Below are positions 63,159-64,000 of a stretch of DNA of 64,000 nucleotides, one piece after another. Positions within the stretch are counted from its first letter, which is position 1; every line of letters begins with the position of its first letter. The translations under genes were made by a program, and so were the position numbers. The stretch spans positions 5,768,001 through 5,832,000 of the forward strand of contig NC_087246.1 of assembly GCF_037042905.1 (NCBI RefSeq). The letters run 5' to 3'. The DNA is from Lytechinus pictus. Taxonomy: Eukaryota. The notes under the pieces are model-generated. The model was not told the DNA's origin, ran no database searches, and worked only from the letters and a program-made list of their open reading frames with translations.

Positions 63159-64000
63159 CTAAGAACAAGACAGAATATAAAAATAGAATAACTATTTGAA
63201 CAAATGCATATCATAAAAATATATGACTTTCCACAGCTAATCCCTGGAGAGCATTTTTTTGCCTAGCAGACAGAATGGTGTTGGGATTTCCGCATATATC
63301 GAATCCTATTCGTGTTGGTCAGGCAGAAGGATGTTACCTCTTGCAAGCACAGTACATTTCATGTAGCACATTCTTGAGCTAATGCCCTCAGGCAAGTCAC
63401 ACAGGAATTGAAAATCATTGACTGCAATTGCATACAACCTATCACTCTTCTGCGGCCAGGCAATGATTCATCAACATTTTCCTCTGACAAGTTGTCTGAA
63501 ATAAAAAACAGCTCACTTTAAATATCTTGAACGAATTGTTTTCCATGCAGGACTTAGGATCCAGTTTGTAATCTACTTTGATGAAAGCTGGATGGGATGG
63601 GTGCAAAGCTTATGAGATTTCAATTTAAATTGAGCTTTCAATTTTTTTTCTTGTTTACAATGCAACATTAAACACTTTTAGAATCACACGTCCACATAGA
63701 CGACTGATACGAGATGACGTCACGGCATTGCGCATACGTCAGGTCCTCGCCGACTATCAGCATTGAGAACCTTGTTTACCTCCATTCTGCCATTCTCCTA
63801 AATCATAGTCGACGTGCACGTGAGTGACGTCATTTCAACTGCTCAAGCTCAGCATGAAGATAAATTGCAATTGATCTTTTCCCTTTATATAAGACACAGT
63901 TTTCAGTGACTTTTCACAAAACTAATGTAAGCTTTATGATGCATAATCTTCAAATGTATAACTCAAGTAAAAAAATTAAAGCAAGTGAAAGAGCAAGTAT

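Noticed and set aside
63400..64000. CpG- and TGACGTCA-rich segment that might be a promoter
   Set aside because: It lies inside an AACS intron and is cut by the window edge; it more likely belongs to another MITE, but the termini could not be established.

Overview
This is AT-rich, intron-rich animal genomic DNA; an invertebrate such as a sea urchin or other echinoderm is my inference from the repeat families, not something the sequence proves. Two spliced host genes lie in tandem on the minus strand. The first is a complete 25-coding-exon GPLD1 (GPI-specific phospholipase D, 45687->16844, 868 aa by manual splicing). The second is the 3' part of AACS (acetoacetyl-CoA synthetase, 63158->~50500-50900), whose 5' exons lie beyond the window. 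The rest is a dense set of mobile elements: a young 7.6-kb Gypsy-like LTR element in GPLD1 intron 1 (two 571-bp LTRs with no differences seen by eye, gag plus an orphan ORF, no pol), which splits an older inverted duplication; an inverted Penelope-like insertion in an AACS intron carrying a hammerhead-ribozyme core in the host-sense orientation; a Crypton tyrosine-recombinase relic; a 2.76-kb foldback element; tandem Harbinger relics; pogo, Academ-like, CR1 and RTE fragments; HINE/DINE-like tandem-repeat elements; and several MITEs. No rRNA, tRNA or CRISPR array was seen. All coordinates were read by hand and may be off by a few bases.
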